Notes: a model not told the origin generated them from the letters alone. A stretch of DNA of 64,000 bases from Acidimicrobiales bacterium (GCA_965116465.1 OZ220687.1:2564596-2628595); one strand, 5' to 3'; counted from the stretch's first letter, positions 44,160 to 54,481 are shown. Program-made: numbers and translations.

Positions 44160-45023
44160 GTGAACGCCCTCGGGGTGGGTCTGGCGCAGATCGGCGCCCC
44201 GCCGGGAGACGCACAGGCCAACCGCCGCCGCAGTGTCGAGGCGGCGACGGCGCTCTTCGATCGGGGCGCTGGAGTCGTGGTGCTGCCGGAGTTGTGCGTG
44301 CCGTGGTACACGGCGGACCGGGCCGAACTGGAGGGTGAGGCCGAATCTCTCGACGGGCCGACCGTCGAGGCTTGGTCTGCCGTCGCCGCGGCGCACGACG
44401 GCGTGATCGTCGGCGGCTTGTGCGAGCGGGCCGGCGCAGCCGGCGACGGGATCCTGTACAACAGCGCGGTGGCGGTGAGCCGGGAGGGTGTCATCGGCCA
44501 CTACCGCAAGCTGCACCTGTTCGACAGCGAGAAGCTCTGCTTCGCGCCGGGGGATCTGGGCCTTCCGACCTTCGAGACCCCCTTCGGGCGCCTGGGGATG
44601 TGCGTCTGCTACGACCTGCGGTTCGTCGAGGTGGTTCGGGTGCTGGCACTGTCGGGAGCCGATCTGATCTGCGTGCCGACAGCCTGGATCATGGGATTCG
44701 ACCGCCGGGGTTTCGATGACGGTGGGCTGATCCCGCACGCCCAGGGCGCCCTGCTGCAGGCGAACCTCTCGCAGGTGTTCATCGCCTGCGCCTCGCAGGC
44801 CGGCGACTTCGGGGACCTGCACTTTCTCGGGTCGTCGATCCTGGCGGGGCCGTACGGGCAGGTGGTCGCCGGGCCGCTCGCCCGCGACGGCGACGAATTG
44901 CAGTTGGCGCGCGTGGATCTGGCCGACGCGGCCCGGGCGCAGGTTCGCAGCGAGTTGATCCGGCCGCGCGCCGACCGTCGGACCGACGTCTACGGTGTGA
45001 CTCTGGGTTCGCATCAGTTGTAG
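44160..45023 (+). CDS. Carbon-nitrogen hydrolase (nitrilase superfamily) amidase
   Basis: VVLPELCVPWY (Glu), HYRKLHLF (Lys), MCVCYDLRF (Cys) catalytic triad contexts. Start GTG 44160 is uncertain (alternative 44175). Confidence 0.8.
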   Translation: MNALGVGLAQIGAPPGDAQANRRRSVEAATALFDRGAGVVVLPELCVPWYTADRAELEGEAESLDGPTVEAWSAVAAAHDGVIVGGLCERAGAAGDGILYNSAVAVSREGVIGHYRKLHLFDSEKLCFAPGDLGLPTFETPFGRLGMCVCYDLRFVEVVRVLALSGADLICVPTAWIMGFDRRGFDDGGLIPHAQGALLQANLSQVFIACASQAGDFGDLHFLGSSILAGPYGQVVAGPLARDGDELQLARVDLADAARAQVRSELIRPRADRRTDVYGVTLGSHQL

Positions 45024-45114
45024 AGGACCGCGGAGAGGTGCCGATGACGATGTGCTCGACGATGGGGTGCTCGACGATGGGGCGGGACCGCGGCGGCGCC
45101 CCGCGGTGGTCGCG

Positions 45115-46014
45115 ATGAAGCCGGCACGGTTCGCCTACACGGCTCCCGACACCACCGAGGGCATCCTGGACGCGCTGGACCGCTTCGGTGACGAGGCCAA
45201 GGTGCTGTCGGGCGGTCAGAGCCTGGTGCCGATGATGAACTTCCGCCTGGCCCGCCCGGAGGTGATCGTGGACATCGGCCGGGTCGGCGGTCTGGACGGG
45301 ATGTCGGCGGCGAACGGGACGCTCACGGTGGGGGCGCGGGTGATCCATGCCCGGCTGGAGGCGCCGGCGGTGACCACGCCGGAGGGCCGCAGCGAGCCCC
45401 TCGGCGGCGTCCTCGGCTCGCTGCTGCCGGAGGTGGCCCGCTTGGTGGGCCACCTCCCGATCAGGGTGCGGGGGACGTTCGGGGGCTCGATCGCGCACGC
45501 CGATCCCGCCGCGGAATGGTGCATTCTGGCCCGCACCCTCGACGCCGAGATGGTGGCGCAGCGCCGGGGCGGCGAGCGAGCCATCCCGGCGGGCGACTTC
45601 TTCGAGACCGTGTTCACCACGGCACTGGCCCCCGAAGAGTTGCTCGTGGCGGTCCGCCTGCCGATCCTCGGCGACGATTGGCGGGCCGGATTCTGCGAGT
45701 TCAGCCGCCGGGCGGGCGACTTCGCCGTCGTGGCGGCGATGACGGCGGTGCGTCTGGAGCCGGCGACGGGTGCCATCGCCGAGGCCCGCGTCGGCGTCGG
45801 CGGGGTGGCCGGCGTGCCGGTGCGCCTGGATGGCGCCGAGGCGACGCTGGTGGGTGAGGCGCCGGGCGCCGAACTGCACGCGGCCGCAGCCGAGGCGGCC
45901 GCCGGTGAGGTGGACCCGGTGGGGGACCTGCACGGTTCGGCCGCCTACCGGCGGGATCTGGTGCGCGCCATGGTGGCCCGGGCCCTGGCGCAGGGCGCCG
46001 GCGCGTCCCGGTAG
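45115..46014 (+). CDS. XDH/CODH-family FAD-binding medium subunit (CoxM-like)
   Basis: KVLSGGQSLVPMMNFRLARP FAD-binding motif, 299 aa. Confidence 0.85.
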   Translation: MKPARFAYTAPDTTEGILDALDRFGDEAKVLSGGQSLVPMMNFRLARPEVIVDIGRVGGLDGMSAANGTLTVGARVIHARLEAPAVTTPEGRSEPLGGVLGSLLPEVARLVGHLPIRVRGTFGGSIAHADPAAEWCILARTLDAEMVAQRRGGERAIPAGDFFETVFTTALAPEELLVAVRLPILGDDWRAGFCEFSRRAGDFAVVAAMTAVRLEPATGAIAEARVGVGGVAGVPVRLDGAEATLVGEAPGAELHAAAAEAAAGEVDPVGDLHGSAAYRRDLVRAMVARALAQGAGASR

Positions 46015-46032
46015 AACGCGGAGAGGCCCACG

Positions 46033-48387
46033 GTGAGCTGGGTCGGCCGCTCCATCCGCAGGGTCGAGGATCCGACCCTGCTATGCGGCGCGGGCATGTT
46101 CGTGGGCGACATAGGCGGTGCCGCCTCGGTGCGGTTCGTCCGAAGTCCGGTGGCGAGCGGTCTCATCCGGGCGGTGCGTGGCCCCGCGTACACGATTGCG
46201 GACCTCGACGCCGACGGAGTCGGGAACATCGAAGCGGTCCTGCACCGTCCCGACTACGTGCGGCTCGCCCAACCGTTGCTCGCCAGGGAGCGGGTGCGGT
46301 ACGTGGGTGAACCGGTTGCGGTGGTGGTCGGCGCAACCGCCGCGGAGGCCGAGGATCTGGCCGAGCAGGTGGAACTGGACATCGAGCCGCTCCCGGCGGC
46401 GGTGGGCCTCGAGGCCGCCCTGGCTCCCGGCGCCCCGCTGGTGCATCCCGACGAGTCGGAATCCAACGTGATGGTGGCCGGCGAGATGGCCACGCCCGAA
46501 CTGGCCGAGACTCTGGAGCGCGCCCACGCCATCGTCGAGTTGGAGATCACCTCCGGGCGTCAGGCGGCGCTGCCGCTGGAGGCGCGCGGCTCGCACGCCG
46601 TCACCGAGCGCTTCGGTGGCCGCACGACGCTGCACGCCTCGATCCAGGCGCCGCACATGATCCGGACCGTCATCTGCGACCTGCTGGGCATGCCCGAGGC
46701 CGACCTCCGGGTGGTGGCGCCGGACGTGGGCGGCGCCTTCGGCCAGAAGCTGCCGCTGGCCCGGGAGGACGCCATCGTGGTCTGGCTGTCGCGTCGCCTG
46801 GGGCGTGCCGTGGCCTGGTTAGAGGACCGCAGCGAAAACCTCATGGCCTCGTGGCACAGCCGCGAGCAGCGCTACCGGCTGCGGGCCGGGTTCGACTCGA
46901 CGGCCCACCTCGAGGCGTTGCAGGCCGACGTGGCGGCCAACGTGGGGGCGTGGCCGTGCTATCCGATCACCTGGGGAGTCGAACCGCTCATGGCTCTGGC
47001 GGAGCTACCAGGTCCCTACACGCCGGAGCACTACGGCGTGCGCTCACGCGGCGTGGCCTCGCACACCTGCCCCATGTCCCCCTACCGGGGCGTGTCGCGA
47101 CCCGTGATCACCCTGGCGCTGGAGCGGCTCATGGACATCGCCGCCGCCCGCCTGGACATCGACCCGGTGGAGATCCGCCGGCGGAACCTGCAGAGCGACT
47201 TCCCGCACATCTCGCCGACCGGCCTGCGCCACGACGAGGGCACCTATCGCGAGGCCATGGAGCTGGCGGTCGGCCACGTCGACCTGGGGGCGTTCCGCGC
47301 CCGCCAGCACGCCGCCCGCGCCGCCGGGGGAACCCTGCCGGGGATCGGGATCTGCACCTTCAGCGAGCGCACCGGCTACGGCACGCCGGCGTTCGCGGCC
47401 CGGGCGATGGGGGTGACTCCGGGCTTCGAGAACGTGGAGATGTCCATGGACCCGTCGGGCTACGTGACCCTGCGCATCGGCGCCTCGCCGCACGGCCAGG
47501 GCCTGGAAACCGCCCTGTCGCAGATCACCGCCGACGAGTTGGGCACCGATCCGGGGCGCGTGCGGGTCGTGGCCAGCGACACCGACCGGACACCCTACGG
47601 CTGGGGGTCGTTCGCCAGCCGTGCCATGGTGCTGGCGGGCGGGGCGACCTACCTGGCGGCACAGAAGCTGGCCACCCAGCTCGGCTCGCTGGCCGCGGAG
47701 GTGCTCGAGGCGGCGGCCGACGACATCGTCCTGGCCGACGGGCGCGCCACGGTTGCGGGCACCTCGGTGGGCGTGGACATAGCCGAGCTTGCTCGCATCG
47801 CCCACCATCACACGCAGCGGCTGCCGGACGGCGCGATGGGGGGCCTCTCGGCACAGGCGGGCTATGACCCGGCGGGCACGTTCTCCAACGCCTGCCACGT
47901 GGCTGAGGTGGACGTGGATCCGGACACGGGCGGCGTGTCGATGCGGCGCTTCGTCGTGGTGGAGGACGCCGGGCGGCTCATCAACCCGATGATCGCGGAC
48001 GGGCAGATCCGCGGCGGGGTGGCGCAGGGGATCGCCAACGCCCTGCTCGAGGAGGTCGTCTACGACGAGGACGGCAACATCCTCACGACGTCCCTCATGG
48101 ACTACCTGCCGCCGACCGTCGCGGAGATCCCCGATATCGAGATCCTGCACCTCGAGACCGCCAGCGACGCCACCATCACCGGCGCCAAGGGGCTCGGCGA
48201 GGGCGGCACCATCGGGGCTCCCGCCGCGGTGCTGAACGCCGTGAACGACGCCCTCGCCCATCTGGGGGTGGAGCTGAACGAGATGCCCGCCACGCCCGAG
48301 CGGGTCCGGGCCGCGGTGCGCGCCGCAGCCCGCGGGGATTCCCTGGGCGACACGAATCGACTGACGCAGGAGGCCGCAGTCCGATGA
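46033..48387 (+). CDS. XDH/CODH-family molybdopterin-binding large subunit (copy 1 in this operon)
   Basis: N-terminal [22 protein letters not shown], 784 aa, C-terminal [15 protein letters not shown]. Confidence 0.85.
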   Translation: MSWVGRSIRRVEDPTLLCGAGMFVGDIGGAASVRFVRSPVASGLIRAVRGPAYTIADLDADGVGNIEAVLHRPDYVRLAQPLLARERVRYVGEPVAVVVGATAAEAEDLAEQVELDIEPLPAAVGLEAALAPGAPLVHPDESESNVMVAGEMATPELAETLERAHAIVELEITSGRQAALPLEARGSHAVTERFGGRTTLHASIQAPHMIRTVICDLLGMPEADLRVVAPDVGGAFGQKLPLAREDAIVVWLSRRLGRAVAWLEDRSENLMASWHSREQRYRLRAGFDSTAHLEALQADVAANVGAWPCYPITWGVEPLMALAELPGPYTPEHYGVRSRGVASHTCPMSPYRGVSRPVITLALERLMDIAAARLDIDPVEIRRRNLQSDFPHISPTGLRHDEGTYREAMELAVGHVDLGAFRARQHAARAAGGTLPGIGICTFSERTGYGTPAFAARAMGVTPGFENVEMSMDPSGYVTLRIGASPHGQGLETALSQITADELGTDPGRVRVVASDTDRTPYGWGSFASRAMVLAGGATYLAAQKLATQLGSLAAEVLEAAADDIVLADGRATVAGTSVGVDIAELARIAHHHTQRLPDGAMGGLSAQAGYDPAGTFSNACHVAEVDVDPDTGGVSMRRFVVVEDAGRLINPMIADGQIRGGVAQGIANALLEEVVYDEDGNILTTSLMDYLPPTVAEIPDIEILHLETASDATITGAKGLGEGGTIGAPAAVLNAVNDALAHLGVELNEMPATPERVRAAVRAAARGDSLGDTNRLTQEAAVR

Positions 48388-48881
48388 CCGAGATCTCAGC
48401 CGCGGATGTGGCGGTTCCCGTGGTGCTGCGGGTGAACGGCGACGAGTACCGCATATCCACCGAACCGCGGCGGACGCTGGCCGACGCACTGCGCGAGGAC
48501 TGCGGGCTCACCGGCACGCATCTGGGGTGCGAGCACGGAGTCTGCGGGGCCTGCACCGTGCTGCTGGACGGCGAACCGGTGCGGTCGTGCCTGCTGTTCG
48601 CCGTGCAGGCCCAGGACGCCGAGATCCGCACTGTGGAGGGCCTCGCCGCGGCGGACGGCACCCTGCACCCCCTGCAGGAGGCGTTCTGGCGCCATCACGG
48701 ACTGCAGTGCGGCTTCTGCACACCCGGGTTCCTGATGCTCAGCGCCGGGCTTCTGGAGACCAGCCCCGACATCAGTGACGACGAGTTGCGCGAGGCGCTC
48801 TCGTCGAACCTCTGCCGCTGCACCGGCTACCAGACCATCGTGGAGTCGGTGCGGTCGGTGCGCGACGCCGGCGAGGTTTGA
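48384..48881 (+). CDS. XDH/CODH-family [2Fe-2S] small subunit (CoxS-like)
   Basis: [25 protein letters not shown] cluster-binding motifs. 4-bp overlap with the upstream gene. Confidence 0.9.
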   Translation: MTEISAADVAVPVVLRVNGDEYRISTEPRRTLADALREDCGLTGTHLGCEHGVCGACTVLLDGEPVRSCLLFAVQAQDAEIRTVEGLAAADGTLHPLQEAFWRHHGLQCGFCTPGFLMLSAGLLETSPDISDDELREALSSNLCRCTGYQTIVESVRSVRDAGEV

Positions 48882-48884
48882 GCT

Positions 48885-51026
48885 TTGGGCGAACCCGACC
48901 GCGCGCGGGGCCGGCCGCTGATCGGCGAGTCGGTCCTGCGCCTCGAGGACCGCCCGCTGCTGGTCGGCGAGGGTCGTTTCCTCGGAGATGTCAGCTTCGA
49001 GGGCGAGTTGCACCTCCGCGTGGTGCGCTCCGACGTCGCCCACGGCGTGCTGGTGGGTGTCGACCTCGATGACGTGCTGGCAGCCGAGGGTGTGGTGGCG
49101 GCCTGGGGTGCCGACGAGGTGGCGCACCTGCCGGCGATCGAGTTCCGCATGACCGGCTTCGACGAACTGCGCCCCTATTGCCAGCGGATCCTCGCCGGCG
49201 AGCGTGTGCGCTACGTGGGCGACCCGGTGGCCGTCGTGATCGCCGAGGATCCGTACCTCGCCGAGGATGCCGCCGAGTTGGCGTTCGTGGACATCGAACC
49301 GCTCGACGCGGTGCTGGAGGCCACCTCACCGGAGGCCGTCGCTCCGCTGACTCTGGAGCACGAGTACGGCGATGTGGGGGCCGCCTTCGCCGGCGCGCAC
49401 CGGGTCGTGGAACTCCGGGCGACCGTCGGCCGCCACAGCGGGATCCCGCTCGAGACCCGCGGGCTGCTGGCGCGCCCGGTGGGCGGGTACGGTCCGGAAG
49501 GGAACCGCGTGGAGCTGTACGGCATCGCCAAGGTGCCGCACTACAACTGCGCCACGATCGCCACCATGCTGGGTCTGGCGCCCGGTCAGGTCGTCGGCAG
49601 GGAGGGTCACGTCGGAGGCGGGTTCGGGGTCCGCGGCGAGCTGTACCCCGAGGATCTGCTCGTGACCTACGCGGCGTTGAAGCTGGGCCGTCCTGTGAAG
49701 TGGGTGGAGGACCGCAGGGAGCACCTGGTGGCGGCCAACCACTCGCGCGATCAGGCCTACCACGTGCGGGCGGCCGTCGACGCCGAGGGCATCGTGCAGG
49801 CCATCGACGCCGACTTCTTCCACGACCAGGGGGGCTACGTGCGCACGCACGGGGCCACCGTGCCGAACCTGTCGGTGGCGCTCCTGCCGGGCCCGTACAT
49901 GGTCCCCTCCTACCGGGTACGGGGGCGGATCCGCCTCACGAACAAGACCCCCGCCGGCACATACCGGGCGCCCGGCCGCTTCGAGAGCACCTTCGTACGC
50001 GAGCGCCTCCTGGACCGGGTGGCGGCCGAGTACGCCCTCGATCCCGCCGAAGTGCGCCGGCGCAACCTGATCCCCGCCGAGGCGATGCCGTTCGACCGCG
50101 GTGTCAGCACCCTCGGCACCCCCCTGGTCTACGACTCCGGCGACTACCACCGGTTGCTGGAGCGCCTGCTGGCCCACATCGGCTACGAGTCGCTGCGGGA
50201 GTCGCTGGCCCAGCGGCGCTGTACGGGCGAGATGGTCGGGCTCGGCGTGGGGATGTTCGTGGAGAAGTCCGGACTGGGGCCCTTCGACGACGTGCGGGTG
50301 CGGCGACTCGACGGCGGCGGGGTGGAGGTGGTGACCGGCGCCGCCTCGGTCGGCCAGGGCATGGAGACCGCCATCGCGCAGATCTGCGCCGACGTCCTGG
50401 GCGTCGACTACGCGGACGTGACCGTGCGCCACGGCCAGACCGACATGATCGGCCGCGGCATGGGCGCGTTCGCCAGCCGGGTCACCGTCATGACCGGCGT
50501 GGCCGTCCACCTGGCTGCCACCGAACTCTTGGCGACCGGAGAGGCGGCTGAGGCCACGTTCAACACCGACCACATGACCTACCCCTACGGTGCCCACGCC
50601 GCGGTGGTGCGTGTCGATGGGGGAACCGGCGGGGTGACCGTGGAACGCTATGTCGTGGCCTATGACGTCGGTCGGGCAGTGAACCCGATGCTCGTCGAGG
50701 GTCAGATCATCGGTGGCGTCGCCCAGGGCATCGGCGGGGCGCTGCTGGAGTTGTTCGCCTACGACCCCGATGGCCAACCGCTCGCCACGTCGTTCATGGA
50801 CTACCTCATGCCCACGGTCGCCGAGCAGCCGCCCGTGGAGGTGCTGCTGAGCGAGGACGCGCCCAGCCCCCTCAACCCCCTCGGGCTCAAGGGTGCCGGC
50901 GAGGGTGGCACGACCGCCTGCGGCGCGGCCATCGCCGCAGCCATCGACGACGCCATCGGTCGCCCGGGGGCGGTCACCTCGCTGCCGGCCACGCCGGAGT
51001 TGGTCCGCTCGCTGCTCAGGACCTGA
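48885..51026 (+). CDS. XDH/CODH-family molybdopterin-binding large subunit (copy 2 in this operon)
   Basis: IGESVLRLEDRPLLVGEGRFLGD, 713 aa, C-terminal KGAGEGGTTACGAAI. The TTG start at 48885 is tentative. Confidence 0.85.
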   Translation: MGEPDRARGRPLIGESVLRLEDRPLLVGEGRFLGDVSFEGELHLRVVRSDVAHGVLVGVDLDDVLAAEGVVAAWGADEVAHLPAIEFRMTGFDELRPYCQRILAGERVRYVGDPVAVVIAEDPYLAEDAAELAFVDIEPLDAVLEATSPEAVAPLTLEHEYGDVGAAFAGAHRVVELRATVGRHSGIPLETRGLLARPVGGYGPEGNRVELYGIAKVPHYNCATIATMLGLAPGQVVGREGHVGGGFGVRGELYPEDLLVTYAALKLGRPVKWVEDRREHLVAANHSRDQAYHVRAAVDAEGIVQAIDADFFHDQGGYVRTHGATVPNLSVALLPGPYMVPSYRVRGRIRLTNKTPAGTYRAPGRFESTFVRERLLDRVAAEYALDPAEVRRRNLIPAEAMPFDRGVSTLGTPLVYDSGDYHRLLERLLAHIGYESLRESLAQRRCTGEMVGLGVGMFVEKSGLGPFDDVRVRRLDGGGVEVVTGAASVGQGMETAIAQICADVLGVDYADVTVRHGQTDMIGRGMGAFASRVTVMTGVAVHLAATELLATGEAAEATFNTDHMTYPYGAHAAVVRVDGGTGGVTVERYVVAYDVGRAVNPMLVEGQIIGGVAQGIGGALLELFAYDPDGQPLATSFMDYLMPTVAEQPPVEVLLSEDAPSPLNPLGLKGAGEGGTTACGAAIAAAIDDAIGRPGAVTSLPATPELVRSLLRT

Positions 51027-51068
51027 CTGCAGGCGGTCGGAGGGCGCGACCGCCGGACCGGAGCTCTC

Positions 51069-52094
51069 TCAGGAGGTGACGGCGGCGAGGGACCAATCCA
51101 GAATGTCGGCGGGGCCGCTCTCGCGGTGGGCGGTCGCCCGGACCCGCACGGCGCGCAGCCGGCCCTGACCGGCGCGGGTCTCGCCGAGCAGCGTGTGCGA
51201 GAACGAGAGCAGATCGTCCTCGAACGCCGGACCGGTGTGGTTGCAGTAGCCCCAGGCCACCACCGTCGCCATGCCGTGAACGACCCGGCTGAGCGAAGCC
51301 TGGGCCATGCCCACGACCTGGAGACCGTTCACGAGGCGGCGCCCGTACGGCGACACCTCGGAATCCCGGTGCACGAACGCCAGGTTGTGGGTCAGGTGCA
51401 GGAGCGCCGGCGTGTTGTCGATGTAGTCCCGCAGCGGATCGGTCACGGTGGTGCCGACCTCCCAGGAATCCGGTTCCCCCAGCAGGTAGAGCCGCCAACT
51501 CCCCGGGACCAGCTCGGCACACGCCTCGAGGTCGATCCCGCCGGTCACCTCATCGGTGGCGGCGCCGCTACCGATGTCGTCGGAGAACCCCGGCAGGTCG
51601 GGTCCCCTCGTGGGAAGCATGGGGCAGCGCTCGTAGGTGGCCACCGCGACGCCGTCGGCCGTGCTCTCGCAGGCCACGAGGACCATGCCGCGGGGCGGCC
51701 GGTCCGGGCGGGAGCGCCCGTCGCGCATGGCGATCACCCGTACGGTCGTGTCCACGGTCTGCCGCTGGTATACGGGCCGCGGGAAGCGCACGTCGCGGTA
51801 GAAGAGGTTGGCGATGACGCGCCGGCTGACGGTGGTGGTATGGCCGACCGACAACGCCATGACGAGGCCGGGGCTCACCAGTGGCTCCGGGGAGCCGGTC
51901 ACCTCCTCACAGATCCGACGGTTCTGCACCAGCGGGAGCCGCTCGCCGACGAGTGCCTGGTAGACGGCGCAGAGGCCACTGTCGAGGGTGACGCCCGGCT
52001 GGCGGGGGAGTTCCATCCCCGGGCGCAGAAGGTCGTAGTACGGACCGTCGAGGGGGATCTGCCCCCCGGTGGGTGACAGGTCGTCCGGGCTCAC
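51069..52094 (-). CDS. MaoC-like double hot-dog (enoyl-CoA hydratase/dehydratase) protein
   Basis: Only the 3' third of track ORF 51069..53984 is coding in this frame. GTG 52094 overlaps the ATPase stop (GTGA). Two hot-dog-like halves. Confidence 0.6.
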   Translation of the reverse strand: MSPDDLSPTGGQIPLDGPYYDLLRPGMELPRQPGVTLDSGLCAVYQALVGERLPLVQNRRICEEVTGSPEPLVSPGLVMALSVGHTTTVSRRVIANLFYRDVRFPRPVYQRQTVDTTVRVIAMRDGRSRPDRPPRGMVLVACESTADGVAVATYERCPMLPTRGPDLPGFSDDIGSGAATDEVTGGIDLEACAELVPGSWRLYLLGEPDSWEVGTTVTDPLRDYIDNTPALLHLTHNLAFVHRDSEVSPYGRRLVNGLQVVGMAQASLSRVVHGMATVVAWGYCNHTGPAFEDDLLSFSHTLLGETRAGQGRLRAVRVRATAHRESGPADILDWSLAAVTS

Positions 52095-54481
52095 GCGCGC
52101 AAGGCTGCGAAACGGTTGAGGCGCAGCGAGTTGCCGAGCACGAAGAGCGAGGATAGCCCCATGGCCGCGGCGGCGATCTCCGGACGCAAGAGTCCGACGG
52201 CCGCCAGCGGGATGGCGGCGGTGTTGTAGACGAAGGCCCAGAACAGGTTGCCCCGGATGGTCCCGAGCGTGCGCCGGGCGAGGTTCAGGGCGTCCACCGC
52301 CAGTCGCAGGTCGTCCCCCACGAGGGTGAGATCCGACGCCTCGGCGGCCACGTCGGCGCCGGTGCCGATCGCCACTCCCACATCCGCGGCGGCCAGGGCG
52401 GGGGCGTCGTTCACGCCGTCGCCCACCATCGCCACGCGCCGCCCCGCGGTCTGCAGGCGCTCGATCTCCGCCACCTTGCCGGCGGGCGTCAGTTCGGCGA
52501 CGACGCGGTCGATCTCCACCTGGCGGCCGACCTGCTCCGCGGCCGCACTGTTGTCGCCGCTCAGGAGCACGACCTCGATTCCGGCGCGTTTCCAGTCGGC
52601 CACAGCGGCGGAACTCGACGGCTTGACGCGGTCCGCGAGTGCCAGGAATCCCCGCGCCGAGCAGTCGTCGCCCACGAACACGAGCGTGCGTCCTGCGGCG
52701 GCATGGCCGGCAGCGGCCCGGTCCAGCTTCGCCGGGACTTGCTCGAAGAGTTCGGCCCGCCCCACGATGATCTTGCCCTCGCCGGTGCCGGAGGTGCCCG
52801 ATCCGGCCTTGCCGGCGGCCGACCCGGCGACTGCGCCGGCCCGCACGAGCCGTCCTTCGACACCGAATCCCGGCAGGTTGCGGAAGTCCGCGACGGCCGG
52901 TTCCCCGTCGGTGAGGTTCGTTCGGTCGTTCTCGACACCTGCGACGGATCCGCTGCGCGCGGCGCGCACGATCGCCGCCGCGACCGGGTGTTCCGAGCGG
53001 GCCTCCAGGGCCGCGGCCCCTGCCAGCAAGGAGCCGGCGTCGGTCCCGTCGACCACTTCGACGGCGACGACCTCGAGATGCCCCTCGGTGATGGTGCCGG
53101 TCTTGTCCAGTGCCACGACATCGATGCGCCGCGCGGCCTCGAGGGCGTCGGGACCCCTGATGATCACGCCCATGCGGGCACCCCGGCCGCTTCCGGCCAT
53201 GAATGCCGCCGGTGTGGCGAGGCCCAGGGCGCACGGGCAGGCCACGATCAGCACCGCCACGGCAGGGCTGATGGCGGTGCCCAGCGATCCCAGGAGCAGC
53301 CAGGCCACCAGCGTGGCGGCGGCGACGACCACCACTGCCGGCACGAAGACGGCCGAGATCCGGTCGGCAAGCCGCTGGATCGGCGCCTTGCGGGACAGCG
53401 CCTCGCTCACGAGTCGCACGACCTGGGCCAGGGTGCCGTCCGCCCCCACGCGGCGGGCCTCCACCACCAGCGAGCCGTGGGTGTTGAGCATCCCGCCGGT
53501 CACCTCGTCGCCGGGATCGACCTCCCGTGGCACGGGTTCTCCGGTCACGATCGAGGTGTCCACCGCGGAGTGTCCCTCGGTCACGACTCCGTCGGCGGCG
53601 ATCCTCTCGCCCGGCCGGACCAGGAATCGCATGCCCACTCTCAATTGTGACGGTGGGACGTCGCTGCCGTCGGCGAGCCGCACGGTGCCCGCGCTCAGTC
53701 CCACGAGCGCGCCGATGGCGTCGCCGGCACGCCGCCGGGCGCGTGCCTCCAGGTGTCGGCCCAGCAGCACGACCGCAACGATCACCGCGGCGGTGTCGAA
53801 GTAGATGTGGCCGTCGAGGTTGCCGATGGTCACGACCGCCGACCAACCCCAGGCCACCAGTGAGCCGAGCGACACGAGCGTGTCCATGGTTGCGTGCCCC
53901 CGGCGAACCGCCCGCCAGCCGGGCCGGTGGAACAGCAGCCCGCTGATCAGTACCACCGGCATGGTGATCCCCAGCACGAGCCACTCCCAGCCGGCGAATC
54001 GCAGGGCTGAGATCGACGAGATCACCATCGAGGCCGCCGCCAGGAGCAGCGTCACGGGCAGTGCCTTGCCGGCGGTCCAGCCGGGCTCGGTGCCCTCGAG
54101 GTGGAGCTCGCCCGGCGTGGCGCGGTACCCGAGGCCGGCGATGCGATCCAGCAGGTCACGTTCACTCAACAGGGTGGGGTCGTAGGTCACGCTGGCCCGG
54201 TTGGCGGCGAAGTTGACGTGGGCGGCGGACACACCGTGGGCTGCATGCAACTCACTCTCGATGCGGGTCGCGCAGGCGCCGCAGGTCATACCGTGGACCG
54301 TCGCATCGAGGCGGGTCTGCTTCCGCGGGGATCCGGGGAATTCCCTCTCGTCGGGGAGTGCTGTCGGTGCCAGTGGATCACCTCCCGCTCGATCCCCAGC
54401 GTATTGGGTTCGGGACCTGCCGAGGGGGCCTCTACGATGCCGCCGATGCGGCCCGCCAGCGGTCACCGGACCGGCAACCAT
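52091..54481 (-). CDS. copA: Heavy-metal (Cu+-type) translocating P1B-type ATPase
   Basis: HMA GMTCGACATRIE, CPC motif VACPCALGLATP, DKTGTIT, GDGVNDAPAL. The start is uncertain because the longest ORF overlaps the divergent gene by 45 bp. Confidence 0.85.
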   Translation of the reverse strand: MVAGPVTAGGPHRRHRRGPLGRSRTQYAGDRAGGDPLAPTALPDEREFPGSPRKQTRLDATVHGMTCGACATRIESELHAAHGVSAAHVNFAANRASVTYDPTLLSERDLLDRIAGLGYRATPGELHLEGTEPGWTAGKALPVTLLLAAASMVISSISALRFAGWEWLVLGITMPVVLISGLLFHRPGWRAVRRGHATMDTLVSLGSLVAWGWSAVVTIGNLDGHIYFDTAAVIVAVVLLGRHLEARARRRAGDAIGALVGLSAGTVRLADGSDVPPSQLRVGMRFLVRPGERIAADGVVTEGHSAVDTSIVTGEPVPREVDPGDEVTGGMLNTHGSLVVEARRVGADGTLAQVVRLVSEALSRKAPIQRLADRISAVFVPAVVVVAAATLVAWLLLGSLGTAISPAVAVLIVACPCALGLATPAAFMAGSGRGARMGVIIRGPDALEAARRIDVVALDKTGTITEGHLEVVAVEVVDGTDAGSLLAGAAALEARSEHPVAAAIVRAARSGSVAGVENDRTNLTDGEPAVADFRNLPGFGVEGRLVRAGAVAGSAAGKAGSGTSGTGEGKIIVGRAELFEQVPAKLDRAAAGHAAAGRTLVFVGDDCSARGFLALADRVKPSSSAAVADWKRAGIEVVLLSGDNSAAAEQVGRQVEIDRVVAELTPAGKVAEIERLQTAGRRVAMVGDGVNDAPALAAADVGVAIGTGADVAAEASDLTLVGDDLRLAVDALNLARRTLGTIRGNLFWAFVYNTAAIPLAAVGLLRPEIAAAAMGLSSLFVLGNSLRLNRFAALRA

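Noticed and set aside
46033-51026. Calling the Mo enzyme a carbon monoxide dehydrogenase (coxMSL)
   Set aside because: The gene order is M-L-S-L, not the canonical coxMSL order. I did not recognise the CODH-specific active-site loop by eye, and the context is amide/heterocycle catabolism. Only the family-level call is supported.
51069-53984. 971-aa minus-strand ORF spanning the MaoC region and most of copA in another frame
   Set aside because: Only its 3' third (51069..52094) has a plausible protein sequence. The remainder is an out-of-frame shadow of the P-type ATPase gene, which has all its canonical motifs in frame 52091..54481.
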